Shown here: piece after piece, positions 59,135 through 64,000 of the stretch
How the letters are laid out: every line of letters begins with the position of its first letter
How positions within the stretch are numbered: the stretch's first letter is position 1
NCBI GenBank assembly: GCA_040954595.2
Contig: CM082582.2
Span: forward strand, 9,663,483-9,727,482
Direction of reading: 5' to 3'
DNA: 64,000 nucleotides
Source of the DNA: Balanoglossus misakiensis
Lineage: Eukaryota > Animalia > Hemichordata
Made by a program: the position numbers and the translations under genes
Notes under the pieces: model-generated
What the model was told of the DNA's origin: nothing
What the model saw: only the letters and a program-made list of their open reading frames with translations
Database searches by the model: none

Positions 59135-60990
59135 CTAGCCGAATCGTGCTTGTAAGAAACGCCCTCCTCGTCCCATCGCATTGAAACTCGTGTAGTAGAA
59201 CAGGTGTTCGGGCGCTGGTTCTGACACTATGCTTTTAAGTTCATCTTCATCGATACTGTTCGTCACTCCAAGGGCGTAAAGTTCGACTCCTACAAAAAAG
59301 GGCACATCATATAAGAATTACTCGACCAATCATGGACTCAAGAAGCGATCGGTCATGGAAATATACCTCGTTGATTCGGAAGGTCGAAGTTTATGTGGAG
59401 TGACCGTGAATTCTATCATGATGGCAGTAAGACACGCTTTGTAAATGTAGATTTAGAAACCTAGGGTGTCGTCTGCCGGCATACAGTAAAATAATTTCCA
59501 ATGTTCTCCCCCAACCCACCCCATCCACGCGTTGTCAAGGTAATCCTTACCGCCATCTTTGAGGGCGTTTGCTGCTCCGACCAGGTCTCCGTGGTCGTTT
59601 GAACGGCCGTCGGTGACAAGGAACAACACCTTCTCGGCGTTGGGGCGTGATCCATGAGCTGTGGTGAATGCCTCCTCACGGGCCTTGATCAATGCCTTCC
59701 TGGTGTACGTCAACCCCCCTACCAAGAAAGAAAAAAACATGTAAGGTACATGTACTCCAATTTGAAAACAAAATGGCGCCAATGACACTAGGCTGCCATT
59801 TGCTGCTTTGAATTTGATGGATGACGTGCAATATGACTATCGCAAGTACATTGGCCACGCAGCAATTGCAATAGAGGGCTCTCGACCTACCTTCGAATTC
59901 AATCTGTCCAACCAACTCGCTACACATGAATTTATTGTCGCAGGCGTTGAAATCAAAGTCCAGATCGACTTGATCGTGGCTAGAAAAGGAGATGACAGCT
60001 ATTCTGACCTGGTCTGCTGCCACGGGCACGGGGAAAAGGCTAATCAGCTCCTGTAACCGGTTGGAAAACATGAAACGTCACGGTCACAAACGTTGAAAGA
60101 ACGTGTTTGGCAGTACGTTGGGATGCACTTTTTCGACTGAAAGATCAGTTCCTTCAAGACACCAAATCAGATGCAGAAATGACAGTGTACTACTTCCCAA
60201 CTTCAAGATCTCGCGATTTCGTCTTAACGTTCATACTTTCACATCCAGTGACGTAACACTTTACCTGGACGTGGTCAGTAACGGTTCTGAAGTGTTTTGA
60301 CCCGATGCTGCTACTTTTGTCGATGACGAACAGAAGATCTGCCGGTGGTGGGGAAACGCCGCCAAGCCTCCCTGCCCAAGCAGATGGCGAGAACTTGCCA
60401 AGAAACCGTTCACCTATGGCGTTGGCCGTTTCAAGCGCGGTCGGTCTTACACCTGCATTTGAGACAGAACATCACCAAGAAATTGGTCAATTGAGTTACT
60501 CCTAGTAGACTGTCAGAGAGATAGGGGGGGGGGGGGAGAGATGAGTCTAGGAGTATAGTAAAGGGTGTAAGAATTGGTTGACAGGAACAATATCCGGACT
60601 TACATTTTTGTTTCGAATGAGTGAGTTCATATTCGCAGTTTATCCCATTTCGTGTGACATTACGAGCCCGAGTGACCGTGTTACAGCCGACGGTTGGCAT
60701 TGAACTCCAGGCGCTCCATTGACCTACCTGTGGGAGTATAAATCAATGAAAAAAATCAACCAATGCCAGGTAAACTTTCAATAGTTAACTGTGTGGTAAC
60801 AATAAACTGTAATAGTGTGGCCCGGCCGCGTGTTCTCTTGGTCCAGCGTCATTTTGAAATTATTTGTCGATCAGGCCTTGGATATGAAACTCACCTCACA
60901 CCGTTTGTTTTCCCTGGACAGCTTTGCTGACACACTGTAGCAACTACTGCACACCAGACCGAGTAAAAGTAAAAAAGTAATCGTCTTCAT
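59135..60990 (-). CDS. Signal peptide + TSP1-like + VWA protein, copy 2
   Basis: MKTITFLLLLGLVCSSCYS..CE, VGQWSAWSSMPTVGCNTVTRAR, DLLFVIDKSSSIG, RIAVISFSS, GGLTYTRKAL..KVLFLVTDGRSN, GVELYALGV. Same exon layout as copy 1; stop TAG at 59135-59137. Confidence 0.85.
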
Positions 60991-62032
60991 GTCGATCTCA
61001 CCAATAAGTACGACTGGATTTTGTTCCGATGTTTGGCACCGCTCTTTCAAATGTTCTTTAAAACTACCGCGTACGGTACGAATGGACCGCCTTTTATATA
61101 TCGAGCTTGTATAGAAGTTTGAAGGAATTATACCTAAGTTGGCAAACTTAATACCGCCTGCGTTCTAAATATAAAGCAATATTCGTAGAAACGATTCAGT
61201 GGGCCATCCCACTTTAATTTACTCCGCCGCCTAAGTATTTAACTTCCGCCGACAAATATTGGCCTTTCCGAGAACCTGACCTTATGAACGAACCCAGCGT
61301 CCCACGCAAGCAGAGGTCACGGACTTGTATATCAGCTTTCCACAAAGCAGTATTGACCTATTTGATTATAGCATGGACGTATAGTGCCATAATATCAGTA
61401 TGGTATGAGGATGCATTATCATACAGATTTGTGCACGTGGTATTTTTGATAAAGTTGTTTTAATATCGGGATTGGAAAAGCGTTGTTGAAGTGGGCTTGT
61501 TACATAAGCAGCAAAGAAATGGCGACAGCTCTATTCTTGTCTCAAAACTCTTCACTTTTATTTCATCTTACGCGAAGCGCATAAAAGTACATCCTCTGAA
61601 AAATCTCTAAGTGATCATCAAAAAGAAAGTATACATATTTGCTTCAAATCAACCCACTCGTAAAAGCGATGCGATTTTTATTGTAAAATATGAAACATAA
61701 AACATGATATGTCCCCCAGTCAAAGCAGCATAGAAACTCAATGTTTATTTACAATGGGTAGTCAACAATATTTGTTTAAATAGTGATGACAACACGCATT
61801 GAGCTCAGTTCCCTTGGAAACGACGCTTTATCATGGTGATGTCGTCACTGAATACAGGGAAAATCGTTTTCTCGTTTTCCCCGACATACATGGATTGTCA
61901 TCAGTCAACGTCATCCATTCTTGTGCATGTAAGCTTATGCGCCATCCGTTCTTGTGTTCTGAGTTCACCCGAAGAGGTGGCGTTTTTAAAAAAGAAATGT
62001 CCCCGCGATACCGGATCGTTCGTTCACATGAC

Positions 62033-64000
62033 TTATTTTTGTCGCAATACCGGACTGCCGATTCTCACTGGGTTACCAATGCTATAACCGGGGTCTCTGT
62101 CTCCAATGCCGAAAAATCCGCCGTCTATGGGGCCGTCGTCACCAGGGCCGCCGGACGCCACGCCAAATATGGTTTGCAAGAAATGTGTGCCGCTACTCAT
62201 GGCGTTGAAACTATCGTAGTAGTAAAGATGGTCGGGGACAGGGTCTGACACAATCCTTTTGAGTTCATCCTCGTTTATGTCATCCGTCACTCCGAGGGCG
62301 TAAATTTCGACACCTGTGGACAATAATGGTATATAAAAATAAGACACTTGCCGAGTTTTGAGACAACTTCAAACTCTTTCATTGGTACAGAGCATCATGA
62401 AGGCAACGATGCACACAATTACATGAATGTCCGGCAAAGTGTTGTAGTTCCCCGAATTAATTGAACTGATTGACCCCCCACTGCAAAAGCGGAATTTCAG
62501 TTCGCTTACCTGTGTCTTTGAGGGCATTAGCGGCGCCCTCAACATTGCCACCTCCATTCGAATGTCCGTCAGTCACGAGGAAGAGCACCTTGTGAGCGTT
62601 GGGGCGGGAACCCTCATCTCCTGTGAACGCTTCATCGCGGGCTTTATTCAAGGCTTTGGTAGTGTGCGTTGACCCACCTGTAAGAATTGCAAATACACAT
62701 CAAACTAAGTGAAATATTCGTGATATACACATAACGTCAAGAACTTCAGAGTCAAAGAAACCTACTAGGCTACATGAACATCAAAATGATCAAAAATGGA
62801 ACTCATATTTTACTTATAAATACCTGTATATTCGATCTGCTCTATCCGGGCTTTACAGTCTGGTTTACTGTCGCAGGCGAAAAAGTTGAAGTTAAGTTCG
62901 ACCTTGTTGGCGGATGAAAAAGATATGGCGGCTATTCTAGTTTGCCAGGGTCCTACTGGCACGGGAAAGAGGTCGATCAGCTCCTGTTATGATCATATTA
63001 AAAGAGAAGATTTATTAGACGATGACAAAATTAAAACAATGCTAAAATATCACATCAAAGGGTTTGTACGCACGGCTAGAGTATGGGCACTCGATATCGA
63101 ATCAGTACCCGGGCAAGCTTGCTCAGTGAACTGACTTTGATGCGGCCGCACTGTCATCGCGCGCTAAACAAAACAATCAACATCAAAGTGTGGCTCTTAC
63201 CCGAATGTGATCGATAACAATAGTGAAGTCGGTCGGCCCAATGCTGCCACTTTTGTCGATGACGAACAGGAGATCGACCGGTGGCGGTGAGGCGGTTCCA
63301 AACTTTCCATCGCGGACCTCCGGGGAGAATTTCCCCAGGAAACTGGTGCCGATAGCACTGGCTGTTTCAAAGGCATCGGGTCTGCCGCCTGTGAAGTTAA
63401 GGGACGACATTTCTTGTCAGTGATCAATTTTCAATGAGTTCAATTACAATGACACAATGCCATACCCATATGTCGAAATTTATGCAGGTGTACACACGTC
63501 ATGATGCCTAGTATAATTGAAGCGATTTTCTGAGAAAATGAATGAAACGAGAGAGAGGGAGAGGGAGGGAGAGAATGAGAGAGAGAGAGAGACAGAGAGA
63601 CAGAGAGACAGAGAGAGAGCTATCGTAACTTACATTTTTCTTCTGATTCTGTCAGATCATAATTGCAGTTTCTACCACGTATGATAGAACGTGTCCGAGT
63701 GACGGTGCTACAACCGCTGATTGCTCTTGTACTCCAGGCTCCCCATTCGCTCACCTGTTGAAGATGAAGAAGTAAGATGCAGCCATGAGACTTCTTGATC
63801 TACCAAACATGTGTTTGTGGTCGTGTGTGGAGTCGCACAAAGAAAACCACACGATAAAATATTTCAGCTCATTCACTGAAGTCAGAAGCAACTTATTATA
63901 CTGGGGGTCCTAAATGATCCAAAGTTTACTGTTGGCTTAACCCAAGACGATTTATTTTGGACCTACCTCGCACGAGCCTGACGTGCCATAATGGCTTCCG
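62033..64000 (-). CDS. TSP1-like + VWA protein, copy 3; first exon truncated by window end
   Basis: Exon ending ..GSCE at 63967, then VSEWGAWSTRAISGCSTVTRTR, VDLLFVIDKSGSIG, RIAAISFSS, GGSTHTTKAL..KVLFLVTDGHSN, GVEIYALGV and a Gly/Asp-rich C-terminal extension. Confidence 0.83.
63549..63619. repeat. (GA)n / (GACAGAGA)n microsatellite, intronic
   Basis: gagagagagggagagggagggagagaatgagagagagagagagacagagagacagagagacagagagagag. Confidence 0.85.

Overview
Intron-rich eukaryotic (metazoan) genomic DNA, probably a marine invertebrate; a non-vertebrate deuterostome is my inference from the protein sequences and is not provable here. Gene order: 5' part of a 5'-nucleotidase/metallophosphoesterase gene (-); ORC6 (-) head-to-head with VPS35 (+), with 190 bp between the start codons and a U12-type intron in VPS35; a CFAP90/C5orf49-like ciliary gene (-); an unassigned, Cdx-resembling ANTP-class homeobox gene (-, 3 exons, about 523 aa) with an ~8 kb gene-free upstream region rich in Cdx-type sites and holding a candidate structured RNA or orphan promoter; CNOT10 (-); five single-domain GH1 (lactase/Klotho-like) beta-glucosidase genes, of which one lacks both catalytic glutamates and one is inverted with no signal peptide; and three tandem small secreted TSP1+VWA genes (-), the last cut by the window end. 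Exon boundaries were read by eye from splice signals and frame continuity. Family assignments come from remembered reference sequences, not database searches.
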